Origin: Gammaproteobacteria bacterium
GTDB lineage: Bacteria > Pseudomonadota > Gammaproteobacteria > Ga0077536
Assembly (NCBI GenBank): GCA_963662545.2
Contig: CAXXLL010000002.1
Location: 32,001 to 96,000 of the forward strand
DNA: 64,000 bases
Direction of reading: 5' to 3'
This document shows, piece after piece, positions 32,042-42,559 of this stretch. Under the pieces are notes generated by a model, which saw nothing but the letters and a program-made list of their open reading frames with translations, did not search any database and was not told the DNA's origin. The translations under genes and the position numbers were made by a program. Numbering within the stretch: the stretch's first letter is position 1; the number at the start of each line of letters is the position of its first letter.

Positions 32042-32908
32042 TCAGCGCCTCATCACCATGGCTTTCGCCAGTTCGAAAATCTCGGGCGCGTCGAGCACGG
32101 CGTCGTTGGTCTCGAACAGCCGCTCGATGCAGGCCTGGTGAACTTCGAGTTTGAATGAACCGAATCCAATGGCGCCATAGCAGAGCTTGCCGTGATGCTC
32201 GTGCGCGCGGTTCTTCATGTCAACGCCCTGAATTCCGAGCGGCGGCGTCGCGTTGGCGTCCATCAGGATCTCGAGCTCTGGCAGGTCCTTCCATTCGTCT
32301 TCATGGAGCAACTCGACACCCGCCGCACCAGTCGCGAGGATGATGTTGGCGCCCTCTAGGACGCGGCCGATGCTCGTGCGATCGTCCGCGGCCGCTGCGA
32401 GCAGGGTCACGCCGAAACGGCTGCGCATCGCCTCGCAGGCAGTCTCCGCTCGATCGACGTGGCGCGAGGTCAGGATCACTTCGGCGCCTTCCTGGGCAAA
32501 CATCATGCCCGCGCGCTGCCCGACCGGGCCGGTCCCGGCGAGCACGACCACGCGCTTACCCGTGAGATTCGTATGCAGGCCTATCGTCGCGACCGCCGCG
32601 GCTGCGGTGGTGTTGCTGCCGTTGCTGTCGAGCATGACGGACACGCGGAAATCGTCGAAAAAATGATTACGCACTGAGGCAAGCACGGCTTCGCCGTCTG
32701 CTATGTTGCTGCCCGACACGAACAGCGCCGTGTTTTTCTTCATTTTCGGCGGGCGCGTAAAAATCGCGCCATCGACTATGGTTCCAACCGTACTCGGCTT
32801 TATGTTGCCGTAGGACAAGACATGGTCAGCACCGCCGTCGTAAGCGACGACGGTGTCGAAGATATTCGGAGTGGGATCGGTATCCAGTTGAAACAAGAGC
32901 TTTTTCAA
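32042..32908 (-). CDS. mtdA: NADP-dependent methylene-H4MPT/H4F dehydrogenase
   Basis: KKLLFQLDTD..P..FD.VVAYDGGAD, GAIFTR, VSVMLDSNGSNTTAAAAV, LAGTGPVG. Confidence 0.85.
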   Translation of the reverse strand: MKKLLFQLDTDPTPNIFDTVVAYDGGADHVLSYGNIKPSTVGTIVDGAIFTRPPKMKKNTALFVSGSNIADGEAVLASVRNHFFDDFRVSVMLDSNGSNTTAAAAVATIGLHTNLTGKRVVVLAGTGPVGQRAGMMFAQEGAEVILTSRHVDRAETACEAMRSRFGVTLLAAAADDRTSIGRVLEGANIILATGAAGVELLHEDEWKDLPELEILMDANATPPLGIQGVDMKNRAHEHHGKLCYGAIGFGSFKLEVHQACIERLFETNDAVLDAPEIFELAKAMVMRR

Positions 32909-33019
32909 TGTTGTTGCCTGATGTCACACCGCGTTTCGCAGCCTAACGCGTCCAGGCTTCTACAGCAAAACGGCGTCCCGGAAAGGACATGGTAATCGCT
33001 GTCGATTGGGATCGGTCGT

Positions 33020-33886
33020 TCAGCGTTTTTCGATACGCATCGAGAAATCGATGGCGCGCACGTGCTTGGTCAAGGCGCCGATCGAAACGTAATCGGCGCC
33101 GGTATCTTCGATGTCGGCCAGGTTCGCCAGGTCGACATTGCCCGAGATTTCGATCACGGCGCGGCCGTCGACGAATGCGGTCGCGTCACGGATGGCCCCG
33201 GTTGGAAAATTGTCGAGCATGATCATCTCCGCGCCGGCGTCGACCGCTTGCTCAAGCTCGCTCATGTTTTCGACTTCGACCTCGATCTTGATGTCCGGAT
33301 GTGTGCGGCGCACAGTGGCGAGGGCGGCTGCGATCGAACCGGCTGCCGCGATATGATTCTCCTTGATCAAAACCGCATCGGACAGACCCATGCGGTGATT
33401 GACGCCACCACCGCAACGCACCGCGTACTTTTGCGCCGTGCGCAATCCCGGCAGAGTCTTGCGCGTGTCCAGCACGCGCGTAGCTGAACCCGACAATGCC
33501 GCCACGTAATGGCGCGTGACGGTCGCGGTTCCGGACATAGTCTGCAGGAAATTGAGGGCGGTGCGCTCACCGGTGACGATCCCGCGCGTCGGTCCCGAGA
33601 TCCGGCAGACGACGGCAGCGGGAAGCATTTCGTCGCCGTCGCTGTACGACCACTGTAAGACGATGGCGGGATCGAGCGTTGTGAAGACCCGATCGAACCA
33701 CGGCTGCCCCGCGAGCACTGCGGTTTCGTTGCAGACGACGTCCGCCATGCAAGTGTGTCGGGCGGGAATGAGTTCGGCCGTGATGTCGCCACTGCCGACG
33801 TCTTCGGCCAACGCGGCCGTGACTACGGCGTCAAGGTCGTCGGGCACAACAATGGGTTGCTCTCGTTGACTAAGCACGTTTGTCAA
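33020..33886 (-). CDS. nadC: Quinolinate phosphoribosyltransferase
   Basis: ALAEDVG.GDIT, ERTALNFLQ, LDTRKT.PG, HRMGL.D.VLIKENH, IMLDN. Confidence 0.95.
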   Translation of the reverse strand: MTNVLSQREQPIVVPDDLDAVVTAALAEDVGSGDITAELIPARHTCMADVVCNETAVLAGQPWFDRVFTTLDPAIVLQWSYSDGDEMLPAAVVCRISGPTRGIVTGERTALNFLQTMSGTATVTRHYVAALSGSATRVLDTRKTLPGLRTAQKYAVRCGGGVNHRMGLSDAVLIKENHIAAAGSIAAALATVRRTHPDIKIEVEVENMSELEQAVDAGAEMIMLDNFPTGAIRDATAFVDGRAVIEISGNVDLANLADIEDTGADYVSIGALTKHVRAIDFSMRIEKR

Positions 33887-35258
33887 AATCTGTTTGTGCT
33901 TGGTCCGACCCGGACAAAGCGTCCCGCGTCATCTTGAAAATCACGGGACTCAGGAGCAGCAGGGCGATGAGGTTGGGCAGCGCCATCAGGCCGTTAAACA
34001 CGTCGGCCAGCGCCCATACGAGGTCGAGCTTGACCACGGCGCCGATCATGATGGCGATGATCCAGGCGACGCGGTAGCCCGCGATCACCTGTACGCCGAA
34101 TAGATACTCGGCGCAGCGTTCCCCGTAGTAGCTCCAACCGACGGTGGTGGTGAAAGCGAAGACCGCGAGTCCCAATCCGACGACGGTCGCGCCTGCCGGC
34201 CCGATCCCTGATGCGAACGCGGCGGCAGACATCGATGCACCTCGTTCGCCGAGCGTCCAGGCATCCGTAACCAAGATCACCAGTGCGGTCATCGTGCAGA
34301 CGCACAGCGTATCGATGAAGGTGCCGAGCATCGCGATCATGCCCTGTTCGACTGGTTTGTTGGTGCGCGCGGCGGCGTGGGCGATGGCGGCGCTGCCGAG
34401 CCCCGCCTCGTTCGAGAAGATCCCGCGCGCGAATCCCCAGCGCAGCGCCATCCACACGGTGGCGCCGGCGAATCCCCCGGTGCCGGCTGTTTGAGTGAAG
34501 GCGCTCTCGAAGATCAACACGAGAGCGCTGGGGACAGCTTCGATCCTGATCACGAGAATGATCAGGGCGATGCCGACGTAGAGCAGCGCCATAACGGGCA
34601 CCACCGCCTCCGCCACGCGTGCGATGCGCCGTACTCCACCAATGATCACCATTCCCGTAAGCGCCGCTGCTACGGCGCCCGTGATCCAGACTGATACGCC
34701 AAATGTCGAGTTCATGACGTCGGCGACCGAATTGGACTGCACGACGTTGCCGATCCCGAAAGCCGCCAGCATGCCGAACAGCGCAAAGCAGGTGCCGAGC
34801 CAGGCCCAGCCGCGGCCGAGGCCGTTGCGGATGTAATACATCGGCCCGCCGACGTAATGGCCGAGACTATCGACTTCGCGGTAACGCACCGCCAGTACCG
34901 CTTCGCCGTACTTGGTCGCCATGCCGAACAGGGCGATCATCCACATCCAGAACACCGCGCCCGGTCCGCCGAAATAAATCGCGGTAGCGACGCCGGCGAT
35001 ATTGCCGGTGCCGACCGTCGCTGAAAGCGCGGTCATCAGCGCCTGAAAGGGAGAAATTTCGCCGCTCGCGCTGCCGCGGGCGCGGCCGCGCCAGAGCAGC
35101 GCGAACGCGTGCGGAATGCAGATCCAAGTCATGCCGCGCAGGCCGGCGGTGAGGTAGAGGCCGACGCCCGCCAGCAGGGGAATCAGCAGGTATTCGCTCC
35201 AGATGAACCCGCTGAACGCGTTCAGCAGGTCGTGGGCACCGGCCAGTGCGCCAGTCAA
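33870..35258 (-). CDS. Sodium:alanine/glycine symporter (AGCS family)
   Basis: ALSATVGTGNIAGVA, GGPGA.FWMW, GGPMYY, FSNEAGLGS. Confidence 0.92.
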   Translation of the reverse strand: MTGALAGAHDLLNAFSGFIWSEYLLIPLLAGVGLYLTAGLRGMTWICIPHAFALLWRGRARGSASGEISPFQALMTALSATVGTGNIAGVATAIYFGGPGAVFWMWMIALFGMATKYGEAVLAVRYREVDSLGHYVGGPMYYIRNGLGRGWAWLGTCFALFGMLAAFGIGNVVQSNSVADVMNSTFGVSVWITGAVAAALTGMVIIGGVRRIARVAEAVVPVMALLYVGIALIILVIRIEAVPSALVLIFESAFTQTAGTGGFAGATVWMALRWGFARGIFSNEAGLGSAAIAHAAARTNKPVEQGMIAMLGTFIDTLCVCTMTALVILVTDAWTLGERGASMSAAAFASGIGPAGATVVGLGLAVFAFTTTVGWSYYGERCAEYLFGVQVIAGYRVAWIIAIMIGAVVKLDLVWALADVFNGLMALPNLIALLLLSPVIFKMTRDALSGSDQAQTDFDKRA

Positions 35259-35788
35259 AGCGCCGGCGCTCCGTACGCTGCACGCCGTGATTTCAAGACC
35301 AGGGTTTCACCGCTCTGGGAGAAATCGAGTCGCTTGAGGAAGCTCATACCCAGCAGCACCTGTGGGTCATCGAGATTGGGTACGATGCTCGCCCTGACGT
35401 CGTATTCGACGATGTCCCCCAGCCTGAGCGACTCGATGACCGTCGCATAGGCAATGGTTGAGCCATTGGCCGTCGACACGGGATAGGCCGGTCCTTTCGC
35501 GAGCCCGGCCATGGCTGCGACGGCCTCGGAGACGGCCACGTCCGTCGCCCCGGTGTCGAGCATGAGTTCAGTGGTGATGCCGTTTATCTCGCCATTGGCG
35601 ACGTAATGGCCGTAGCGGTTGCGGTGCAGAACGATGGTGGCTGCGCCACCTGGCGCGCTCAGGCTTTCAACCGTGCGATTGGGGTTTCTGTAGTCTTCGA
35701 TCCGCTCGGAAAACAATAGGGTCAGAATCGCAATTAATCCGATAATTGCGATGATAGTCATCGTCGAGCCGATCTTTTTCGTGGACAT
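35255..35788 (-). CDS. Clan AA (retropepsin-like) aspartic protease, TIGR02281-like
   Basis: GHY, LDTGAT, TANG, LLGMSFL; N-terminal TM segment. Confidence 0.88.
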   Translation of the reverse strand: MSTKKIGSTMTIIAIIGLIAILTLLFSERIEDYRNPNRTVESLSAPGGAATIVLHRNRYGHYVANGEINGITTELMLDTGATDVAVSEAVAAMAGLAKGPAYPVSTANGSTIAYATVIESLRLGDIVEYDVRASIVPNLDDPQVLLGMSFLKRLDFSQSGETLVLKSRRAAYGAPAL

Positions 35789-35901
35789 CGCGTGGAGCGA
35801 ACTGAGATGTTCGCCGTATATCTTGGTTGTCGCGAATGTTAATCTTTGTGTCTGGATACAAAGATCTCGCCGGCCGGCGAGTATCGCACAAGGATTCATT
35901 C

Positions 35902-36891
35902 GTGAACACCGCCATCACAACCACCATCGAATGTCAGACCATCCAGCCGACGCGGTTGGTTTCGACCCTCTCCGAAGACGTCGTCAACGGTCTGTTCGGC
36001 GAGCCTCGGAGCCTGCCGCCGAAGTATTTCTACGACGAGCGGGGATCGGATTTGTTCGATCGGATCTGCGATGCGCCGGAATACTATCCGACCCGCACGG
36101 AAAGCGCGCTGCTCGAGAAGATTGCCGGCGAGGTGATCGAATCCGCGCGCCCCGAGTGCATCGTCGAACTCGGCAGCGGCACGTCGCGCAAGACGCGCCA
36201 CCTGCTGAATGCCTGTGACGAACAAGCCTACTATCCCGTCTATGCACCGTTCGATGTCTGCGACGAAGTATTGGTGAGCAGCGGTAAAGCGCTGCACGCG
36301 GAATACGATTGGCTCGAAGTGCAGCCCATCGTTGGCGATTATACAGCGGGTCTCGGCAATCTGCCGCGCCGGGCGGAGCGCACGCTCATCGTTTTTCTGG
36401 GCGGTACCATCGGCAATTTCACACAGGCGGAACGTTTGGATTTTCTCGCGGAGGTGCGCGGTGTCATGGGCCGCAACGATAAGCTGTTATTGGGTGCCGA
36501 CCGGGTCAAGGAGCCGGACGTGCTGCACGCCGCGTACAACGACAACGCGGGCATAACCGCCGAATTCAACCTCAACATACTGCGCGTTTTGAACCGGGAA
36601 CTCGGCGCGGACTTCGACCTGGGTAGTTTCGAACATTACGCCCATTTCAACCTGCTCGAATCGCGCATCGAGATGCATCTGATTTCAATGCGTAAACAGA
36701 CCGTGCATTTCGAGGGCATGGACAGGCGGCTCGAGTTCAAGGAGGGCGACCACATCCTGACCGAGATCAGTACCAAGTTCACGCGCACTGAACTCGAAGC
36801 GATGTTCGCCGAAACGGGGTTCGAAATCGTCAGGCATTACGAATCGAATGCCACCAAGTTTTCATTGCTGCTTGCGCAACCCTTACGCTAG
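35902..36891 (+). CDS. egtD: L-histidine N-alpha-methyltransferase
   Basis: LPPKYFYDERGS.LF, PEYYPTRTE, ELGSG, AYND..G.TA.FN.N, TEIS.KF. Start codon uncertain. Confidence 0.9.
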   Translation: MNTAITTTIECQTIQPTRLVSTLSEDVVNGLFGEPRSLPPKYFYDERGSDLFDRICDAPEYYPTRTESALLEKIAGEVIESARPECIVELGSGTSRKTRHLLNACDEQAYYPVYAPFDVCDEVLVSSGKALHAEYDWLEVQPIVGDYTAGLGNLPRRAERTLIVFLGGTIGNFTQAERLDFLAEVRGVMGRNDKLLLGADRVKEPDVLHAAYNDNAGITAEFNLNILRVLNRELGADFDLGSFEHYAHFNLLESRIEMHLISMRKQTVHFEGMDRRLEFKEGDHILTEISTKFTRTELEAMFAETGFEIVRHYESNATKFSLLLAQPLR

Positions 36892-36908
36892 CGGGTATCC
36901 GTGATCGG

Positions 36909-37469
36909 GTGAGCCGGCACGCGCCTGACATCGACAGCGGCTGGATCGAGACCGCCGCCCGGGTCGATTCGCCGAACTGCGACCCGCGGCCGCCCACGGT
37001 GGTGGTCGATCTCATCGTCATCCATGCCATCAGTCTGCCGCCAGGCGAATTCGGCGGCCCCTACATCCATCAACTCTTCACCAACCGGCTCGACACCGCG
37101 GCGCACGAATATTTTCTCGAGATCGACGAACTGCCCGTATCGGCCCATTTTCTGATCGATCGAGAGGGCGCGCTGACCCAGTTCGTCAACATCCGCGATC
37201 GCGCCTGGCATGCGGGCCAGTCGTGCTGGGAGGGCCGCAGTGCGTGTAATGATTTTTCGCTCGGCATCGAGCTCGAAGGCTGCGACGAGGCGGCGTTCAC
37301 CGATGCGCAGTATCATGTCCTTATCGATCTGATCGGAGTATTGATGGCGTACTTCCCCGGGATTACGCGCGAGCGCATCGTCGGACATTGCCACATCGCG
37401 CCGGAGCGCAAGACTGATCCGGGGCCACAATTCGACTGGACGCGTCTGCACAGCCGTTTGAATGCATGA
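36909..37469 (+). CDS. ampD: 1,6-anhydro-N-acetylmuramyl-L-alanine amidase
   Basis: SPNCD.RP, IHAISLPPGEFGG, VSAHFLI, RAWHAG, GIELEG, RKTDPG. Confidence 0.95.
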   Translation: MSRHAPDIDSGWIETAARVDSPNCDPRPPTVVVDLIVIHAISLPPGEFGGPYIHQLFTNRLDTAAHEYFLEIDELPVSAHFLIDREGALTQFVNIRDRAWHAGQSCWEGRSACNDFSLGIELEGCDEAAFTDAQYHVLIDLIGVLMAYFPGITRERIVGHCHIAPERKTDPGPQFDWTRLHSRLNA

Positions 37470-38347
37470 ACTTTCTGCTCATATTGATCGCAGCCATCGT
37501 CGAGTTCACCGTCGCGAGCTTCGAGGGCATGCGCTCAAAGCGCTGGAGCCGGGACTGGGCGATTTGGATCAACCAGGTAGCCGGTGCTTATGGCTGGTGG
37601 CCCGGGCTGTTGGGGGCGGTCATCACGGTTGCAGTTCCCGTCGTGATCGTAGCGGTGCTGTTCGGCTTGCTCTACGCCGCATCGGCGTTTCTCGGCCACC
37701 TCGCGGCCCTCTTCGTCCTGTTGCTGATGCTGGGGCCGACGGATCTCAACCGGGAGATCGATCGCCACAAACGCAACATCGATCTCGCGCTCGGTGGGAC
37801 ATCGAGCGTTGCGGAGCCTGAATTCCTGGCGCGCGGCGAGACGCTGGATCTAGAGGATGTCAGCGGGGAGGAGGCTTTTGACCCGCACCGCGGCGAACTG
37901 GCCGAGCTCGCGCTCGCCGCGGATACCGCGTGGTTCCAGCCACTCTTCTGGTTTTTCGTGCTGGGGCCGGTGGGCGCCGTGCTATACCGCTTGTGCGCCA
38001 ACCTGCGGGCGTTCGCTGCTATCGAGCCTGGCGTCGCAAAGCTGATCGGAGAGTTACGCGAAGCCATGGAGTGGCTGCCCGGCCGCCTCACGGTATTCGC
38101 CATGGGCGTTGCCGGAACCCTCGTGCCGGTGCTGGAAACCGCGCGTGACTTCGGCGTATTTCGCTGGTCCGTGACCGCTGATCTCGTCGCACGCGCGTCA
38201 CTCGCTGCCATCGACCACGGTCGGGTTCAGGAAGTGATCACACTCGATCCACGGGTCTACCGCATCAATCTCATGCATGCCCTTATCAAGCGAACGCTCA
38301 ACGTATGGCTGGTGATCATCGCGGGGGGCGCGTTGCTTTTTTCCTGA
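37466..38347 (+). CDS. AmpE/CobD-like membrane protein
   Basis: Overlaps the ampD stop; multi-TM; F.PLFWF.VLGP.GA.LYR and W.P.RL motifs. Confidence 0.75.
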   Translation: MNFLLILIAAIVEFTVASFEGMRSKRWSRDWAIWINQVAGAYGWWPGLLGAVITVAVPVVIVAVLFGLLYAASAFLGHLAALFVLLLMLGPTDLNREIDRHKRNIDLALGGTSSVAEPEFLARGETLDLEDVSGEEAFDPHRGELAELALAADTAWFQPLFWFFVLGPVGAVLYRLCANLRAFAAIEPGVAKLIGELREAMEWLPGRLTVFAMGVAGTLVPVLETARDFGVFRWSVTADLVARASLAAIDHGRVQEVITLDPRVYRINLMHALIKRTLNVWLVIIAGGALLFS

Positions 38348-38348
38348 G

Positions 38349-38584
38349 TTCCCTGGCCGCCCGCTTGCGGACTCCTACTTCTATCAAATACTCCGTGCCT
38401 GCCATCCATGGCGGTACGTTACGGGCTTTGTTTGAACCCAGGCTGGAGTAGTAGCGAATGTTGGTGCCTGCCATCCCTGGCGCTACGCAACCGTCTTCGT
38501 TCGACTCCAGCCCGGCCATTCATGGCCGGGCGCTCGCCGGGCGAAAGCCACGTTAAGTGGCTTTCTCCTTACTCCGGCTCACCC
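38349..38584. repeat. REP/MITE-like cluster of short palindromes between convergent genes
   Basis: GTGCCTGCCATCC(A/C)TGGCG at 38395 and 38464; CCCGGCCATTCATGGCCGGG at 38511; hairpin GAAAGCCAC...GTGGCTTTC at 38543. Confidence 0.6.
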
Positions 38585-39310
38585 AAGAAACTCGCTGACC
38601 CGCAACGCTCGCGGCCCGTCGCCGTCACAGAGCAATACGCTGTCCTGCTCGTACCAGTCGCCGAGTACGATGCGACGGCAAGCGCGGCCCTCGACGTCGA
38701 GGTCGTGAATCGCGGGGCGGTGGGTGTGTCCGTGGATGAGCAGGGTCACGCCGTGTGCCGCCATGACGTTCGTCACCGTCTCCTCGTCGACATCCATGAT
38801 GTCATCCGGCTTGGCGCGCATCGATGCCTTGGTGCCCGACTGCGTTTTTAAAGCGATGCGCCGACGCAGGCTCAACGGCGTGCCGAGAAACGCAGAGCGG
38901 ACGATGGGGTTTCTCACGAACTTGCGGAATTTCTGGTATTTGACGTCTTTGGTGCAGAGCAAGTCGCCGTGGGTCAGGAGGGTGCGCTGGCCGTATAGAT
39001 CGATGACCTCATAGTCCGCCATGAGCCGCGCGCCCGTGGCTCGTTCGAAGCGGCGCCCGAACAGAAAATCGCGATTGCCGTGCCCTACCGAAAGCTCGAC
39101 GCCTGCATCGCTTACACGCTTGAGTGCTTCGATGACCTGCGGGTGCGGCGGCGTATCGTCGTCGTCGCCGAGCCAGACTTCGAAAAGATCACCCAAGATA
39201 TACAGCGCCCGTACGGTCGAGCATGCTTGCTCGGCGAAGGCGAGGAACAGGTCCCGTTGATCCGGGCGCTCACCGCTCAGGTGCAGGTCGGAGACGAACA
39301 GCGTTGCCAT
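38579..39310 (-). CDS. lpxH: UDP-2,3-diacylglucosamine diphosphatase
   Basis: SDLHL, LGDLFE.W.GDD, GNRDF, HGD.LCT.D, IHGHTHRP, LGDW; follows ppiB. Confidence 0.95.
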   Translation of the reverse strand: MATLFVSDLHLSGERPDQRDLFLAFAEQACSTVRALYILGDLFEVWLGDDDDTPPHPQVIEALKRVSDAGVELSVGHGNRDFLFGRRFERATGARLMADYEVIDLYGQRTLLTHGDLLCTKDVKYQKFRKFVRNPIVRSAFLGTPLSLRRRIALKTQSGTKASMRAKPDDIMDVDEETVTNVMAAHGVTLLIHGHTHRPAIHDLDVEGRACRRIVLGDWYEQDSVLLCDGDGPRALRVSEFLG

Positions 39311-39328
39311 CGCGCGACCCCAAAAAGA

Positions 39329-39832
39329 TCAGTCCGTGATCACCGTTACGCTCTCGATCTCGATCGGTTCCGCGGGAACGTCCCCGTGCCCCCCATGGGA
39401 AGCAGTCGCGACGCCCTTGATCTGATTGACCGTATCCATGCCGTCGATGACCTTGCCGAATACGCAATAACCCCAACCCTGCTGCGTCTCGCCGGAGTGG
39501 TTCAGGAATTCGTTGTCACCGACGTTGATGAAGAACTGCGCGGAGGCGGAATGGGGATCGCCGGTTCGCGCCATGGCGACGGTGCCTATGTCATTGCTCA
39601 GACCGTTGTTTGCCTCATTCTTAATGGCGTCGCGGGCAGTCTTCTGATTCATGTCGCGGTCCATGCCGCCACCCTGGATCATGAAGCCGTCGATGACGCG
39701 ATGGAAGATGGTACCGTCATAAAAGCCGTCCTCGACATAGGTAATGAAATTTTTCGCCGTGATCGGTGCGGCCTCCTCGTCGATTTCGAGCGTGACTTCG
39801 CCCATCGATGTTACGAGTTTTACATTGGTCAT
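39329..39832 (-). CDS. ppiB: Peptidyl-prolyl cis-trans isomerase (cyclophilin)
   Basis: FHRVIDGFMIQGGG, AMART.DPHSA.AQFFIN, GYCVFGKV. Confidence 0.93.
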   Translation of the reverse strand: MTNVKLVTSMGEVTLEIDEEAAPITAKNFITYVEDGFYDGTIFHRVIDGFMIQGGGMDRDMNQKTARDAIKNEANNGLSNDIGTVAMARTGDPHSASAQFFINVGDNEFLNHSGETQQGWGYCVFGKVIDGMDTVNQIKGVATASHGGHGDVPAEPIEIESVTVITD

Positions 39833-40140
39833 GGGTTCCCCCGCTTGCTTGCAGTGTCGTTCGCTCGGACTCGTAGATGACGGTGGCCGTAATGTGGCAC
39901 TACGACCCGCAAAGGCGATGCTGTTCATCTGGAAACAGTCGATGCTGTTATTCGAAGCCCACCGTCATGGTGCCGGTCCGATCGCCGGATCGCAAGCTGC
40001 GAACGGCGTTGATGTTACCTCGTGCGCACCGTCGTAATGCCTTATTGCATCGACAATTTCCACACCCACCGTACGCCATTGACGCTTCCATGAGGCGTGC
40101 GTATCATCGGCGTCCCGTCGGTAGGCAAGGCGTACGATGC

Positions 40141-40217
<77 letters not shown>

Positions 40218-40320
40218 TAATCGTGAAAAGTCGTAGGCGAGAAGCTATAACTAAACGTAATGCCGCCGTTTGCAAACTCGAACGATTGGCGCAGAGCTTG
40301 TAACGTATAGCGCACCGTGT

Positions 40321-40397
40321 GCGCCTGTAGCTCATTTGGATAGAGCATCGGCCTTCTAAGCCGGCGGTAGCAGGTTCGAATCCTGCCAGGCGCGCCA
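40321..40397 (+). tRNA. tRNA-Arg(TCT)
   Basis: Anticodon loop CTTCTAA; GGTTCGAAT; CCA end. Confidence 0.95.
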
Positions 40398-40497
40398 ATT
40401 TAGGCAAGCGGAAAGCGAAGGGATCGGACCCCTGTTTCGATCGGCCACAAATCGAAGTGAGTCCGAGTGAACCCGACAATTTTCTACTTGCGTCAGT

Positions 40498-40574
40498 GGT
40501 GGGCGTAGCTCAGTTGGTAGAGCACAGGATTGTGGCTCCTGAGGCCGCGGGTTCGATCCCCGTCGCTCACCCCA
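40498..40574 (+). tRNA. tRNA-His(GTG)
   Basis: G-1 extended acceptor stem; CAGGA-TTGTGGC-TCCTG; CCA end. Confidence 0.95.
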
Positions 40575-40581
40575 TTTATTC

Positions 40582-40657
<76 letters not shown>

Positions 40658-40770
40658 CTTACCTTTCCCAAGAAGTCCAGCGTTGTCCAGAGACTTCTTT
40701 ATAACGGCTTAATAACAGAAAGTTAGTGACCTATTAAGTCCCAACCTCTCCATTGACAGCCACTATTTCC

Positions 40771-40831
40771 TGACGGTAACTTTGACGTTAACACTATCAC
40801 TCGCCGCCAAAACGGCAGGGAGTTACCGTCA
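40771..40831. promoter_or_regulatory. Putative integrase arm-type binding repeats
   Basis: TGACGGTAAC (40771), TGACGTTAAC (40783) and inverted GTTACCGTCA (40822) touching the integrase start codon. Confidence 0.5.
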
Positions 40832-42055
40832 TGTTAGGGAAACTCACCGACACCGGAATTAAAAACGCCAAGCCGAGAGCCAAGCCCTATAAGCTGGCTG
40901 ACGGCGGGGGCATGTATTTACTCGTCACGACGAAGGGCCAGAAGTGGTGGCGGCTGGACTACCGACTCCACGGCAAGCGCAAGACTTTAAGCCTAGGCGT
41001 TTACCCTGACGTGAAGTTGAAGAAAGCCCGCAAGCGGCGGGAAGCCGCACGCGAAAGCATAGACGACGGCTTGGACCCCTCAGACATACGCAAAGAAGAA
41101 AAAGCCGCCCGCGAGGGCGCGGACACCTTCAAGGCCGTAGCCGAAGAATGGTTAGCCAAGTGGAAGCCCGACAAAGCTCCTCACTACACGGATGAAGGTG
41201 CAAGGGCGGCTCAGGAATGACGTGTACCCGTGGCTGGGCGATTCCACCATTAACGACATACAGCCAAAGGACGTGCTGCGCGTCTTGCGGCGAGTAGAGG
41301 ACCGGGGTGCAGCCGAGGCAGGCCACCGCATTCGTCAGCATTGCAGCGCCGTCTTTCGCTATGCCGTGGCGTCCGGGTACGCCGACCGTGACCCGACTCA
41401 GGACTTGCGGGGGGCCTTGCTACCAACAAAGCCGAAGCATTACGCCAGCATTACGGACGCGAAGAAAATTGGCGAGCTTCTACGCGCCATCGACGCCTAC
41501 AAAGGGCAGTTGGTGACTCGCTGCGCCCTCACCCTTACCGCGTTAACTTTCGTCCGTCCCGGCGAATTGAGAAAAGCTGAATGGGCCGAATTCGACTTAG
41601 AAAATGCAGAGTGGCGCATACCGGCCGAGAAAATGAAAATGGACAGGCCACACATTGTCCCCTTCTCTGAGCAAGCCCTAGACGTGCTGAAAGAAATACA
41701 GCCGCTCACGAGTGACGGACGCTTCGTGTTTCCTGGCATTCGCAGCCAACAGCGTCCCATGTCCGAAAATACGGTAACGGCGGCACTGCGTGGCATGGGT
41801 TATACGGGCGACGAAATCACAGCGCATGGCTTCCGCAGCATGGCGTCTACCCGTCTGAACGAAATGGGCTGGAATAGAGACGCAATTGAAAGACAACTAG
41901 CCCACATTGAAGGTAACGCAGTGCGGGCCGCGTACAACTACGCCGAGCACCTGGAAGAAAGGCGGCGCATGATGCAAGCGTGGGCCGACTATTTGGACGG
42001 TCTGCGAAACGACGCTGACGTAACACCCATTCGCGGAAAAGGAAAAGCCGCCTAA
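40831..42055 (+). pseudogene. P4-type tyrosine integrase, frameshifted near 41190
   Basis: Arm-binding N-terminus (KPYKLADGGG, WRLDYR, LSLGVYP) in 40831-41220; catalytic part (VRPGELR, HGFR, QLAH, AYNY) in 41192-42055; one extra G. Confidence 0.85.
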
Positions 42056-42154
42056 CGTAAACTTCTCAATACAGCCCTAGTCCAGCGGGACGAAAAGGCG
42101 GCACCTTCCCGCCTTGGGCTGTCATCACTAGAAGGACGCCGAAAGGAGCGTGTT

Positions 42155-42559
42155 ATGGGACAGCCAGCTGAAGACGAAATGGAGAGAAGCCCCCGCGTTG
42201 CCGCGAAGCACTTGGAGGATGTTGTTCTTCATGGGAAGAGTATGAAGGCCCCAGGCACATATACGAACACCGTGGCAACGGCTTATTACCAGCATTTCAT
42301 GAAATGGCTGAAAGATATGAGAGAGGGACAAAAACAAGCCACGAAGGCGAGCGCGGAGGCGCGCAAGTGCAAGAAGGTCGCTCGGGAGAAGTTATGGCGG
42401 GAAATGACCGAAGTTCAACTGAAAGAACACTTTGAATGGGACACTAAGGACATAGTGAAATATATTCAAAATCAAGGGGACGATAAAAAGTCCCAGACTA
42501 TCGCTCGCATCGTCGCACCACTTGTCAAAAAGCATAGAAAAGACCAATTAAACGCCTAA
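42155..42559 (+). CDS. Hypothetical protein between integrase and AlpA
   Basis: 134-aa ORF with AGGAG RBS, in the position where satellite-like islands often carry a small gene. Confidence 0.6.
   Translation: MGQPAEDEMERSPRVAAKHLEDVVLHGKSMKAPGTYTNTVATAYYQHFMKWLKDMREGQKQATKASAEARKCKKVAREKLWREMTEVQLKEHFEWDTKDIVKYIQNQGDDKKSQTIARIVAPLVKKHRKDQLNA

Noticed and set aside
40415-40440. GGGATCGGACCCC REP-like motif between tRNAs
   Set aside because: Single degenerate copy in this window; not enough support.
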